A DNA stretch of 63,061 nt, filler included, from Nemertoderma westbladi (GCA_032718475.1; 3 parts of 3 records of this genome joined end to end with filler, not necessarily neighbours in it); one strand, 5' to 3'. Shown: positions 36,341 to 48,531, counted from the whole stretch's first letter. Notes: a model not told the origin generated them from the letters alone. Program-made: numbers and translations.

Positions 36341-36917
36341 CCCGCCTCTGTAACCTGCCCCTTTCCCTCAATTAGTTAAATGATCGTTTATTGTTTTGGT
36401 TAGAAAATCCCGTCTCTGTAACCTGCTCCTTTCCCTCAATTAGTTAAATGATCGTTTATTGTTTTGGTTAGAAAATCCCGTCTCTGTAACCTGCTCCTTT
36501 CCCTGATTTGGTAAAGTGACTGTTTATTGTTTTGGTTAGAAAATCCCGCCTCTGTAACCTGCTCCTTTCCCTCAATTAGTTTAAGTGATCGTTTATTGTT
36601 TCGGTTAGGAAATCCCGCCTCTGTAACCTGCTCCTTTCCCTCAATTGGTAATGTTATCGTTTATTGTTTTGGTTAGAAAATCCCGCCTCTGTAACCTGCT
36701 CCTTTCTCTCAATTGGTAATGTTATCGTTTATTGTTTTGGTTAGAAAATCCCGTCTCTGTAACCTGCTCCTTTCCCTCAATTAGTTAAATGATCGTTTAT
36801 TGTTTTGGTTAGAAAATCCCGTCTCTGTAACCTGCTCCTTTCCCTGATTTGGTAAAGTGACTGTTTATTGTTTTGGTTAGAAAACTCGGCCTTAACCTGC
36901 TCCTTTCCATCAATTGG
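36341..36917 (+). repeat. 68-bp minisatellite, ~8.5 units
   Basis: Unit cccgcctctgtaacctgctcctttccctcaattagttaaatgatcgtttattgttttggttagaaaat. Confidence 0.95.
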
Positions 36918-37734
36918 TAATTGTTTTTGGCTATAAAATGAGTGTTTTGCTACGTCATGTGGTAATCGATTATCGACAACAACCACAAACTATTAAATAT
37001 AGAGTCTTTTTACCACAGGCGCATATGGAAATCTATCTCATAGTCTATAAATCATGGAATCATGGAATGTTTTGGCACAGGCATAGTGAAATCAACTGTC
37101 TGACAGTCCAGAAATCAGCAGTCTGACAGTTTGAAGAAATACATACATAAAAAGTGACAATAAAAGTCATTAAATGGACAACAAAAGTCATTATGCACAA
37201 TTCGTAAAAAAAAAGTGACAAAAAAAGTCAAATAAATTGACATAAAAAATCACTGCCATTAATATGTAACGTGTAGATTAGATACAGTAGTGTACTGTAG
37301 TACTGTACGTACATCCAAACCTAATTATCGCCATAAATACAATAATAAACAGTAATTACTTTAGATCTTGACGCTTTATTACATTCCACTAGCAGCTACA
37401 GTACTGTAATAGTGTTTACTATTCGGCTGCCTCTGTGTGTGTCGGCCCGACACAATCGGTGTTTTTGGAATAAAAATAATTATCTATCATCTTATCTTAC
37501 AATATCGTGTCAGTAACGGGAACGCCTGAGGTGGCAGTGCGCTAAGTGTATTGGCGGGGAATGTGAGGACAAATATTGTCGATGTAAAGATGGAATGGTC
37601 GACTGTAAATGAATGCAACTGTCCAGCAGTAGGCCTATACGAAGCGATAAGGAAACCCGAGTGTATGGATATGCGATCTTAGAGTAATTAGGTGGTCAGG
37701 GGCCGCAATCGTGAAGGTGACGAACGGATGCCAA

Positions 37735-37975
37735 ATCTCTGGATGGCATTTTCACAAGAATGCTGCGCCGGGTAACGTTGAGTCAATTATATTGAAACAT
37801 CTCCAATCAGACTCTATATACAATACAACATTGGACTTGTTTCATTAGTCTCTCCTAGCTTAACACTTGAACGGAACCGCCTCCGCTTTACAGGACATTG
37901 CTTTCGCTGTGACGACCAGGCAGTGCATAATCTTGTTCTTTCGCATGAAGATCGTAGTGGTAAACGAACAGTGTG
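37735..37975 (+). mobile_element. RTE-like LINE 3' fragment
   Basis: Reverse-complement homolog of 34215-34420 (RLRFTGHCFRCDDQAVHNLVL). Confidence 0.75.
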
Positions 37976-38359
37976 GCGATAAAACTGAGTTATTTTTGAG
38001 GACCTACAGTACAAGGCCACAAGCATTACCACTTGTGAGGAAGTGAAAGTCCACGATTTCGTCAAGGTGACTATCAACAAAGATTTCAGTTGCCAATCGA
38101 AAGAGACTAAAGAAGGTTGACATATTGTGAGGAAACTCCCAGGCCTTCCACTGAGTGGCCTTCTACAGCTGCAACAGTACACTGTACAGTAGGTCTTGGT
38201 AGACTATGTCGACATTCTGGGAAAGAAGTGCCATTGTCCAGGACACTAACAAAAAATAGCAGACATGGGAGGTGGTCCGTGTCATCAGAAAACTATAGTA
38301 CAGTACAGTACATATTATGGTTTATGGTGTGTACAGATATATTGTAAGTCTATTTATTA

Positions 38360-38925
38360 TACCAGCAAAAACATGATGTCATTGTCATGATTCAGTTTGA
38401 ATACATTGACTCACATTACATTAAATGTGAGTCAAATTGAAGTAGTTGATAAATATTGTTACCTAGGCCATATTTTACATTCCACGTGTGATGATGACCT
38501 TGATATTAGAAACCAATTGCGTTCTCTCTATGGTAGAGCTAATATGTTAGTAAGGAAATTTGGTGCTTCATCTATTCCCGTTAAGGTGACCCTATTTAGA
38601 TCTTTTTGTACGTCTGTGTTCGCTAATGCACTATGGTCGAGACTTAATTATTCCGAGGCAGCTTATAATAAATGACGCGTTGCCTATAATAATTGTGGTA
38701 CTGTAGAATGTTGTTTAAAATACCTCGTATGACTAATGACGAACCTACCAGTGTATCTCTGACTTTTAGTTCCTTAAATATCCAGCTTTTCGTGCATACT
38801 ATTAGATATAGATCCATTTCCAGTTTATTTAAACGCATTGACTTGTCTACTAATATTATAATAAACAATGTATACAATGTATGTAGGATAGATAATATAC
38901 TGTATCACGTATTTACAGAATGAAA
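38360..38925 (+). mobile_element. Non-LTR retrotransposon RT C-terminal fragment
   Basis: IEVVDKYCYLGHIL...DIRNQLRSLYGRANMLVRKF..SIPVKVTLFRSFC...LW, frameshifted downstream. Confidence 0.8.
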
Positions 38926-39027
38926 AATTGTAACTATTCATAATTCTTTGGAATATTATATCAAATATATTTTGGATTAAGTATTTAGGTTAATTATTTT
39001 ATTACTGTTCTATGTTTATGTATGTAA

Positions 39028-39127
39028 NNNNNNNNNNNNNNNNNNNNNNNNNNNNNNNNNNNNNNNNNNNNTTAATTAATTAANNNNNNNNNNNNNNNNN
39101 NNNNNNNNNNNNNNNNNNNNNNNNNNN
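39028..39127. other. Assembly gap with artificial TTAATTAATTAA linker
   Basis: N-run with central ttaattaattaa. Confidence 0.95.
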
Positions 39128-42031
39128 CACGTACGTCGCCTCCAGCAACACTCCATCGACACCAACAACTTCATATCCCTACACTACTTGGAATTCCATA
39201 TCGCACGGGTGCAACAACGCGAGCTTAGTGTTACTGTCCAACGTCACTGCTACAAGTTTGATTTCCAACAGGGGTACCGGGCCATGTCGGTTATCCCGCA
39301 CCCTATCCCACGCGTTCCTTTCCCACTTCGCTATTCCGACTCGACTGGAGCATCACAGAACGGTGATCAAATATCCACTCAGAATGATTTGGCAACTGCT
39401 ACAAGTACGACAACTGCAATGCTCCGGAAGACAACTTCAGTTATTCCAGTTGTGAACATTTCAACTGTGCAGTTGACGGAAACGCAAACTGAGCTCCTCG
39501 GCTTGGGTTACAATTTTATTCCAACCAAACCAGCTACAGTGAGAGACCAAATGGAAGCGCATATTGCTATTACCACAGCAGCAGCAAAGATCCGGAACAA
39601 ACTTAAGAAGGAGCTATTCGAGATTACCGATGTAAACTCGGATAATACGGTACCGAGTGGTCGGAATGCACCGGGACCTGCAACTCCCGAACCCCGGTTA
39701 GGGTGCTCATACCTGGACCGTTCGTTCCTACCCCCCCAGCCGGAACTTCTGACGCGTACAATTATAACGGTGCCGCCGCCAACAACTGCACCGGGCCAGA
39801 GAAAATCACGCCGAAGATTATTCACTGCCAGTCCCACCAACGCGGCCGAAACGATACAAGAGGAAGCTGATAAAGTGGAGGAGATCGTGGAGGTTTCACA
39901 ATGCATTGTCACGCGTTCAACATCGGCAAGCTCGCTTAGGAAAACTCGCCGTTCATCCAGATTAAACCACATCCCTAACCATGATTTAACCCACATCGTA
40001 CGCGACACACCTCGTGTCCCACCTAATGATATTCCATTCTACCGACGCCCTCGTTATCTTCCTCCCAGGTCTGAGAACGCTGTGGTCGAGCAGCTGATTG
40101 AGGACCTACATGTCACAGTCAGTTGCACTAATCTTAAACAGCTAAACTCTAGGGTCAAGCCCAATCTCAACAGATCACAGAGATCGGCGCTAGTTACACT
40201 TAGCAAGAACCCTTCGATAGCGTTTTTACAAGGTGACAAAAGTGGCAACATTATTATCGTCGACCAAGCTGATAAGCATCATGCTATACAGCGCATTCTT
40301 GATGACTCTGCCGTTTATTGCAAATTGGAGAGGGATCCGTCGTCACGATTTCGAGCTGAGCTCCGAAAAGTTATCGCAAAACTCGATCTCGGCTCTAATA
40401 ATGACATTAAAGCCCACCTATTCCCCCCAACATTTGACATTGGCTATCCTTTTATCACACTAAAGGACCACAAACCGCGTGAACAATGGCTTCCTTCACT
40501 CAATGGTGGCCTAATACCAAAAGCCCGTCCTATAATATCGAACACCAATGCATTTTTCACACCTTTAGGTAAACTACTTAACCGGTATTTACAACCACTA
40601 GTACAACAGTCAGCGAACTACATTGAGAGCTCCATGCACTTTGCTAGGGCTCACCCAACACGAACTGGCTCGACGGGTGTAACATTCATTGCTCTGGATG
40701 TGGTGGACATGTTCACCTCGATACCTCATGACTTGGGGATCCAAGCTACACTCCAATGCCTCAAGGAAGATTCAACACTGCCTGTGCGTTCCCCATTCAC
40801 CATACAGCACTTTGAGATCATACTTCGATACCTACTAACTCACAATTACTTCCGCTATCGAAATTATTATTACGTTCAAAAGATAGGGTCTGCGATGGGG
40901 AGTAACTATGGCGTTTCCTATTCGATCCTTAGTATAGCTCGAATACATAGTCACGTTCTTGGCGTTACCCTCATTAGTTGTGTGTTCTTTACCTTCTTTG
41001 TAGACGACCATTACTTGCTCTGCGACCGCATTGTAGATCAGGACCAACTATCTACCCTACTAGACCGTTACAACCGCGCATCCCTAGAATTATACAACGA
41101 CCCGGCCATCCAGTTTACCATGGAATCATCGAACACCTCAATTAATTACCTCGACCTCACCATCGCACATAGGAACAACGCTATACAAACCGCCGTTTAC
41201 ACCAAACCAACTTCCAATAAACTCCCCATCCACTATACCAGTTTTCACAACAAACAAACACTCCAGTCTATCGTTAAAGCCCAACTCACTCGGTTCCGTC
41301 GTTTATCCTCCACGTTACAGGCGTACCAACACCAGTGCATTAAATACCTTGAACAATGCGCGGATAGAGGCTACCCCCTGGACTTTTTACTCCCGTTGCA
41401 CTTCTGGGACCCACCTACCCATACAACCAAGCTCACACCACCGCCCCATCAGAAACACCCAATCTATCTCCCTATATTACTACACTTTCAACCCTCCATT
41501 AAGCAGCTACTTTTGCGGTATAGGCGGCTCCTAGACTCCTACGGCATCGACCTTAAACTAACGACTCGCAACCTTCCAACACTCGGAAACAAGCTCATCA
41601 GGAAACGTGAAAAACCGACACACAGTGGAAACGTCCCTTGCAATGTGAGCTCGTGCTGCACGTGTAAAGAAATCGCGAACAATACAACCACTCCCTGGGG
41701 TGAACGTGTAGGTGGAGCGTTCACCTGCAAGTCTCACAATATTTTATATTACCTATCCTGCACCCAACACCCGGACCAATACTACATTGGCGAAACCGAG
41801 CAGAAACTGCACAATCGCCTCAATGGCCACCGATTCAATGTGCGACAGCACCGCCAGGGCGCTCCTAGCACTGGCCAGGAGGACCATCTACTTGAACACT
41901 TTGCGCAATGCCCACAGTACACTGTCACAGCCTTCAAGCAGTACAGGCGCGATTGGGACCGTCTCAGTGCTGAAGCGCTCTACATACACTTGTACAACCC
42001 TCCTTTGAACAAGCAGCGTCCACAGACTTAA
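39128..42031 (+). CDS. PLE RT/GIY-YIG ORF, copy 1 (5' end lost in the gap)
   Basis: Same protein as copy 2 except V/I (SAVY/SAIY) and R/C (TRFRR/TRFCR). Confidence 0.9.
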   Translation, partial: HVRRLQQHSIDTNNFISLHYLEFHIARVQQRELSVTVQRHCYKFDFQQGYRAMSVIPHPIPRVPFPLRYSDSTGASQNGDQISTQNDLATATSTTTAMLRKTTSVIPVVNISTVQLTETQTELLGLGYNFIPTKPATVRDQMEAHIAITTAAAKIRNKLKKELFEITDVNSDNTVPSGRNAPGPATPEPRLGCSYLDRSFLPPQPELLTRTIITVPPPTTAPGQRKSRRRLFTASPTNAAETIQEEADKVEEIVEVSQCIVTRSTSASSLRKTRRSSRLNHIPNHDLTHIVRDTPRVPPNDIPFYRRPRYLPPRSENAVVEQLIEDLHVTVSCTNLKQLNSRVKPNLNRSQRSALVTLSKNPSIAFLQGDKSGNIIIVDQADKHHAIQRILDDSAVYCKLERDPSSRFRAELRKVIAKLDLGSNNDIKAHLFPPTFDIGYPFITLKDHKPREQWLPSLNGGLIPKARPIISNTNAFFTPLGKLLNRYLQPLVQQSANYIESSMHFARAHPTRTGSTGVTFIALDVVDMFTSIPHDLGIQATLQCLKEDSTLPVRSPFTIQHFEIILRYLLTHNYFRYRNYYYVQKIGSAMGSNYGVSYSILSIARIHSHVLGVTLISCVFFTFFVDDHYLLCDRIVDQDQLSTLLDRYNRASLELYNDPAIQFTMESSNTSINYLDLTIAHRNNAIQTAVYTKPTSNKLPIHYTSFHNKQTLQSIVKAQLTRFRRLSSTLQAYQHQCIKYLEQCADRGYPLDFLLPLHFWDPPTHTTKLTPPPHQKHPIYLPILLHFQPSIKQLLLRYRRLLDSYGIDLKLTTRNLPTLGNKLIRKREKPTHSGNVPCNVSSCCTCKEIANNTTTPWGERVGGAFTCKSHNILYYLSCTQHPDQYYIGETEQKLHNRLNGHRFNVRQHRQGAPSTGQEDHLLEHFAQCPQYTVTAFKQYRRDWDRLSAEALYIHLYNPPLNKQRPQT

Positions 42032-42104
42032 TTCCACGACCCTTCGTTCACATCTTTCAAATTTATTTCACTTATTTAATTCAAAATACATATATCCAAG
42101 TTTT

Positions 42105-42990
42105 ATTAGTTGCATATTGAACTACCCCGTTAAATTGTTTTTATTTTACAGTCACTTACTTATTTTAGTTGCATATTGAACTACCCCGTGAAATTGTTTT
42201 TATTTTACAGTCACTTACTTATTTTTGAACTACCCCGTGAAATTGTTTTTATTTTACAGTCACTTACTTATTTTTGAACTACCCCGTGAAATTGTTTTTA
42301 TTTTACAGTCACTTACTTATTTTTGAACTACCCCGTTAAATTGTTTTTATTTTACAGTCACCTACTTATTTTCGAACTACCCCGTTAAATTGTTTTTACT
42401 TTACAGTCACCTACTTATTTTAGTCACCTACTTATTTTTTGAACTACCCCTCACCTACTTATTTTTGAACTACCCCGTTAAATTTCACCTACTTATTTTT
42501 GAACTACCCCGTTAAATTGTTTTTATTTTACAGTCACCTACTTATTTTTTGAACTACCCCGTTAAATTGTTTTTATTTTACAGTCACCTACTTATTTTTT
42601 GAACTACCCCGTTAAATTGTTTTTATTTTACAGTCACCTACTTATTTTTGAACTACCCCGTTAAATTTCACCTACTTATTTTTGAACTACCCCGTTAAAT
42701 TTCACCTACTTATTTTTGAACTACCCCGTTAAATTTCACCTACTTATTTTTGAACTACCCCGTTAAATTTCACCTACTTATTTTTGAACTACCCCGTTAA
42801 ATTGTTTTTATTTTACAGTCACCTACTTATTTTTGAACTACCCCGTTAAATTGTTTTTATTTTACAGTCACCTACTTATTTTAGGTGCACATTGAACCAC
42901 CCCGTTACATTGTTTTTTTTTTGGAACCACCCCGTGCATATTGAACTCCCCGTTACATTGCTTTAATTTTACAGTCACTTATTTTCTTTG
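42105..42990 (+). repeat. PLE 3'-region minisatellite (mixed ~48-bp and ~32-bp units), copy 1
   Basis: ttgaactaccccgttaaatt(gtttttattttacag)tcacctacttatttt. Confidence 0.92.
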
Positions 42991-43575
42991 GTCCAAATTC
43001 AACTACCTCGCTACATTTTTGTCATACAGTACATTAGTACATTGAAAGTACTGTATGTGCATATTAAACCACCAGTTTATGTTTATTGCACGATTCAGTA
43101 CGAACCATTTTGTGTCTGCCTTATGACGTTATACAGAATGTACTGTATTGGTGCCCCACTAACCTTATTGTACGGCCTACTTACAGTACCTGTCTTACAG
43201 TATGTGTATTTGTATATTTGTCATTCATTGGGTACCACAGGCGTACCGGCAGTCATATTACTGCTGTACTGCGGACGTACTACAGTTGTACCGCGGTCAT
43301 AGTGCTGCTGTTATGTGTAGTTGCGCATTAATTACTATGAGGCCTAATTACAGCACTTCAGTAGTACCTATCCTACAAGTGCATTTGCATTACGTTATCT
43401 TACCGTCTCTTAATATTCCGACAGTCTACCTACTGCATTCACCACACGTTTGAAAGTTTTAATTGCTTTTCAAGATTTTAAATTTCAGACCTGCCTGTCA
43501 CTACTTACTTCGTTTGATTTCTGTATTAATACTTTACTATTAAGTGCCATCCTCAATTCCGTAGGTTCTAAATTG

Positions 43576-43625
43576 GTATGTATCTTTTTTAAATAATTGT
43601 ATTGCTTTAACATTTTATATATTAG
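43576..43625 (+). other. Candidate 50-nt spliceosomal intron in the PLE leader, copy 1 (copy 2 at 48486-48535)
   Basis: G|GTATGT donor, ctttaac branch-like motif, ttttatatattAG acceptor; PLEs are known to carry introns. Confidence 0.55.
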
Positions 43626-43665
43626 CCCTGAAGAAGCCCGTGAGGGTGAAACGACTGTCGGCAAA
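43622..43665 (+). ncRNA. Minimal type I hammerhead ribozyme, copy 1; predicted cleavage after C43659
   Basis: gcc CTGAAGA a gccc-GTGA-gggt GAAAC gact GTC ggc: conserved core, stem II with GNRA loop, very short stem III. Confidence 0.9.
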
Positions 43666-43728
43666 CTCTATTTATTTTAACTCGTGGTGTTAAGACCCCT
43701 TAAGCCCTACGTCCTTTCAAAAACTTAT

Positions 43729-46700
43729 ATGGCAACCACACCACGCCGGGCGTCATTCCGTAATATTAGAAAACTGAACTTAAATCCAGGGGCATCTATT
43801 GACGTCCGCAAATCATTAAAACTGTCTATCGACAAAGTTAAAATTCAGGCCCAAATTTTCAACCTTAAGGAATACAAAAGAGGAACTATGGCACCCTTTT
43901 ATATCATGCAACGCACTGCCGCCATTCTCGAACACTATCCACTACTCCACAGGATGCTAGTTAAGCGGATCCTATCATTAGAAATCGATAATTTGTACAG
44001 GAGGTTATGTCGAACCGAGAACTTATGTTTTAACCACGTACGTCGCCTCCAGCAACACTCCATCGACACCAACAACTTCATATCCCTACACTACTTGGAA
44101 TTCCATATCGCACGGGTGCAACAACGCGAGCTTAGTGTTACTGTCCAACGTCACTGCTACAAGTTTGATTTCCAACAGGGGTACCGGGCCATGTCGGTTA
44201 TCCCGCACCCTATCCCACGCGTTCCTTTCCCACTTCGCTATTCCGACTCGACTGGAGCATCACAGAACGGTGATCAAATATCCACTCAGAATGATTTGGC
44301 AACTGCTACAAGTACGACAACTGCAATGCTCCGGAAGACAACTTCAGTTATTCCAGTTGTGAACATTTCAACTGTGCAGTTGACGGAAACGCAAACTGAG
44401 CTCCTCGGCTTGGGTTACAATTTTATTCCAACCAAACCAGCTACAGTGAGAGACCAAATGGAAGCGCATATTGCTATTACCACAGCAGCAGCAAAGATCC
44501 GGAACAAACTTAAGAAGGAGCTATTCGAGATTACCGATGTAAACTCGGATAATACGGTACCGAGTGGTCGGAATGCACCGGGACCTGCAACTCCCGAACC
44601 CCGGTTAGGGTGCTCATACCTGGACCGTTCGTTCCTACCCCCCCAGCCGGAACTTCTGACGCGTACAATTATAACGGTGCCGCCGCCAACAACTGCACCG
44701 GGCCAGAGAAAATCACGCCGAAGATTATTCACTGCCAGTCCCACCAACGCGGCCGAAACGATACAAGAGGAAGCTGATAAAGTGGAGGAGATCGTGGAGG
44801 TTTCACAATGCATTGTCACGCGTTCAACATCGGCAAGCTCGCTTAGGAAAACTCGCCGTTCATCCAGATTAAACCACATCCCTAACCATGATTTAACCCA
44901 CATCGTACGCGACACACCTCGTGTCCCACCTAATGATATTCCATTCTACCGACGCCCTCGTTATCTTCCTCCCAGGTCTGAGAACGCTGTGGTCGAGCAG
45001 CTGATTGAGGACCTACATGTCACAGTCAGTTGCACTAATCTTAAACAGCTAAACTCTAGGGTCAAGCCCAATCTCAACAGATCACAGAGATCGGCGCTAG
45101 TTACACTTAGCAAGAACCCTTCGATAGCGTTTTTACAAGGTGACAAAAGTGGCAACATTATTATCGTCGACCAAGCTGATAAGCATCATGCTATACAGCG
45201 CATTCTTGATGACTCTGCCATTTATTGCAAATTGGAGAGGGATCCGTCGTCACGATTTCGAGCTGAGCTCCGAAAAGTTATCGCAAAACTCGATCTCGGC
45301 TCTAATAATGACATTAAAGCCCACCTATTCCCCCCAACATTTGACATTGGCTATCCTTTTATCACACTAAAGGACCACAAACCGCGTGAACAATGGCTTC
45401 CTTCACTCAATGGTGGCCTAATACCAAAAGCCCGTCCTATAATATCGAACACCAATGCATTTTTCACACCTTTAGGTAAACTACTTAACCGGTATTTACA
45501 ACCACTAGTACAACAGTCAGCGAACTACATTGAGAGCTCCATGCACTTTGCTAGGGCTCACCCAACACGAACTGGCTCGACGGGTGTAACATTCATTGCT
45601 CTGGATGTGGTGGACATGTTCACCTCGATACCTCATGACTTGGGGATCCAAGCTACACTCCAATGCCTCAAGGAAGATTCAACACTGCCTGTGCGTTCCC
45701 CATTCACCATACAGCACTTTGAGATCATACTTCGATACCTACTAACTCACAATTACTTCCGCTATCGAAATTATTATTACGTTCAAAAGATAGGGTCTGC
45801 GATGGGGAGTAACTATGGCGTTTCCTATTCGATCCTTAGTATAGCTCGAATACATAGTCACGTTCTTGGCGTTACCCTCATTAGTTGTGTGTTCTTTACC
45901 TTCTTTGTAGACGACCATTACTTGCTCTGCGACCGCATTGTAGATCAGGACCAACTATCTACCCTACTAGACCGTTACAACCGCGCATCCCTAGAATTAT
46001 ACAACGACCCGGCCATCCAGTTTACCATGGAATCATCGAACACCTCAATTAATTACCTCGACCTCACCATCGCACATAGGAACAACGCTATACAAACCGC
46101 CGTTTACACCAAACCAACTTCCAATAAACTCCCCATCCACTATACCAGTTTTCACAACAAACAAACACTCCAGTCTATCGTTAAAGCCCAACTCACTCGG
46201 TTCTGTCGTTTATCCTCCACGTTACAGGCGTACCAACACCAGTGCATTAAATACCTTGAACAATGCGCGGATAGAGGCTACCCCCTGGACTTTTTACTCC
46301 CGTTGCACTTCTGGGACCCACCTACCCATACAACCAAGCTCACACCACCGCCCCATCAGAAACACCCAATCTATCTCCCTATATTACTACACTTTCAACC
46401 CTCCATTAAGCAGCTACTTTTGCGGTATAGGCGGCTCCTAGACTCCTACGGCATCGACCTTAAACTAACGACTCGCAACCTTCCAACACTCGGAAACAAG
46501 CTCATCAGGAAACGTGAAAAACCGACACACAGTGGAAACGTCCCTTGCAATGTGAGCTCGTGCTGCACGTGTAAAGAAATCGCGAACAATACAACCACTC
46601 CCTGGGGTGAACGTGTAGGTGGAGCGTTCACCTGCAAGTCTCACAATATTTTATATTACCTATCCTGCACCCAACACCCGGACCAATACTACATTGGCGA

Positions 46701-46938
46701 AACCGAGCAGAAACTGCACAATCGCCTCAATGGCCACCGATTCAATGTGCGACAGCACCGCCAGGGCGCTCCTAGCACTGGCCAGGAGGACCATCTACTT
46801 GAACACTTTGCGCAATGCCCACAGTACACTGTCACAGCCTTCAAGCAGTACAGGCGCGATTGGGACCGTCTCAGTGCTGAAGCGCTCTACATACACTTGT
46901 ACAACCCTCCTTTGAACAAGCAGCGTCCACAGACTTAA
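43729..46938 (+). CDS. PLE reverse transcriptase-GIY-YIG endonuclease, intact (1069 aa from the first ATG)
   Basis: GDKSGNIII, KDHK, ARPIIS, LDVVDMFTSIP, QKIGSAMGS, FFVDD, YLDL, VYTKPT; CNVSSCCTC linker; NILY..C...YYIGET...RLNGH...E...PLN. Confidence 0.95.
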   Translation: MATTPRRASFRNIRKLNLNPGASIDVRKSLKLSIDKVKIQAQIFNLKEYKRGTMAPFYIMQRTAAILEHYPLLHRMLVKRILSLEIDNLYRRLCRTENLCFNHVRRLQQHSIDTNNFISLHYLEFHIARVQQRELSVTVQRHCYKFDFQQGYRAMSVIPHPIPRVPFPLRYSDSTGASQNGDQISTQNDLATATSTTTAMLRKTTSVIPVVNISTVQLTETQTELLGLGYNFIPTKPATVRDQMEAHIAITTAAAKIRNKLKKELFEITDVNSDNTVPSGRNAPGPATPEPRLGCSYLDRSFLPPQPELLTRTIITVPPPTTAPGQRKSRRRLFTASPTNAAETIQEEADKVEEIVEVSQCIVTRSTSASSLRKTRRSSRLNHIPNHDLTHIVRDTPRVPPNDIPFYRRPRYLPPRSENAVVEQLIEDLHVTVSCTNLKQLNSRVKPNLNRSQRSALVTLSKNPSIAFLQGDKSGNIIIVDQADKHHAIQRILDDSAIYCKLERDPSSRFRAELRKVIAKLDLGSNNDIKAHLFPPTFDIGYPFITLKDHKPREQWLPSLNGGLIPKARPIISNTNAFFTPLGKLLNRYLQPLVQQSANYIESSMHFARAHPTRTGSTGVTFIALDVVDMFTSIPHDLGIQATLQCLKEDSTLPVRSPFTIQHFEIILRYLLTHNYFRYRNYYYVQKIGSAMGSNYGVSYSILSIARIHSHVLGVTLISCVFFTFFVDDHYLLCDRIVDQDQLSTLLDRYNRASLELYNDPAIQFTMESSNTSINYLDLTIAHRNNAIQTAVYTKPTSNKLPIHYTSFHNKQTLQSIVKAQLTRFCRLSSTLQAYQHQCIKYLEQCADRGYPLDFLLPLHFWDPPTHTTKLTPPPHQKHPIYLPILLHFQPSIKQLLLRYRRLLDSYGIDLKLTTRNLPTLGNKLIRKREKPTHSGNVPCNVSSCCTCKEIANNTTTPWGERVGGAFTCKSHNILYYLSCTQHPDQYYIGETEQKLHNRLNGHRFNVRQHRQGAPSTGQEDHLLEHFAQCPQYTVTAFKQYRRDWDRLSAEALYIHLYNPPLNKQRPQT

Positions 46939-47011
46939 TTCCACGACCCTTCGTTCACATCTTTCAAATTTATTTCACTTATTTAATTCAAAATACATAT
47001 ATCCAAGTTTT

Positions 47012-47900
47012 ATTAGTTGCATATTGAACTACCCCGTTAAATTGTTTTTATTTTACAGTCACTTACTTATTTTAGTTGCATATTGAACTACCCCGTGAAA
47101 TTGTTTTTATTTTACAGTCACTTACTTATTTTTGAACTACCCCGTGAAATTGTTTTTATTTTACAGTCACTTACTTATTTTTGAACTACCCCGTGAAATT
47201 GTTTTTATTTTACAGTCACTTACTTATTTTTGAACTACCCCGTTAAATTGTTTTTATTTTACAGTCACCTACTTATTTTCGAACTACCCCGTTAAATTGT
47301 TTTTACTTTACAGTCACCTACTTATTTTAGTCACCTACTTATTTTTTGAACTACCCCTCCTCACCTACTTATTTTTGAACTACCCCGTTAAATTTCACCT
47401 ACTTATTTTTGAACTACCCCGTTAAATTGTTTTTATTTTACAGTCACCTACTTATTTTTTGAACTACCCCGTTAAATTGTTTTTATTTTACAGTCACCTA
47501 CTTATTTTTTGAACTACCCCGTTAAATTGTTTTTATTTTACAGTCACCTACTTATTTTTGAACTACCCCGTTAAATTTCACCTACTTATTTTTGAACTAC
47601 CCCGTTAAATTTCACCTACTTATTTTTGAACTACCCCGTTAAATTTCACCTACTTATTTTTGAACTACCCCGTTAAATTTCACCTACTTATTTTTGAACT
47701 ACCCCGTTAAATTGTTTTTATTTTACAGTCACCTACTTATTTTTGAACTACCCCGTTAAATTGTTTTTATTTTACAGTCACCTACTTATTTTAGGTGCAC
47801 ATTGAACCACCCCGTTACATTGTTTTTTTTTTGGAACCACCCCGTGCATATTGAACTCCCCGTTACATTGCTTTAATTTTACAGTCACTTATTTTCTTTG
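47012..47900 (+). repeat. PLE 3'-region minisatellite, copy 2
   Basis: Same as 42105-42990 apart from a 3-nt insertion near 47357. Confidence 0.92.
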
Positions 47901-48531
47901 GTCCAAATTCAACTACCTCGCTACATTTTTGTCATACAGTACATTAGTACATTGAAAGTACTGTATGTGCATATTAAACCACCAGTTTATGTTTATTGCA
48001 CGATTCAGTACGAACCATTTTGTGTCTGCCTTATGAAGTTATACAGAATGTACTGTATTGGTGCCCCACTAACCTTATTGTACGGCCTACTTACAGTACC
48101 TGTCTTACAGTATGTGTATTTGTATATTTGTCATTCATTGGGTACCACAGGCGTACCGGCAGTCATATTACTGCTGTACTGCGGACGTACTACAGTTGTA
48201 CCGCGGTCATAGTGCTGCTGTTATGTGTAGTTGCGCATTAATTACTATGAGGCCTAATTACAGCACTTCAGTAGTACCTATCCTACAAGTGCATTTGCAT
48301 TACGTTATCTTACCGTCTCTTAATATTCCGACAGTCTACCTACTGCATTCACCACACGTTTGAAAGTTTTAATTGCTTTTCAAGATTTTAAATTTCAGAC
48401 CTGCCTGTCACTACTTACTTCGTTTGATTTCTGTATTAATACTTTACTATTAAGTGCCATCCTCAATTCCGTAGGTTCTAAATTGGTATGTATCTTTTTT
48501 AAATAATTGTATTGCTTTAACATTTTATATA

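Noticed and set aside
42988-43453. Short ORFs in the PLE non-coding region (and their duplicates at 47898-48363)
   Set aside because: Mostly non-ATG starts, overlapping frames and no recognisable motifs
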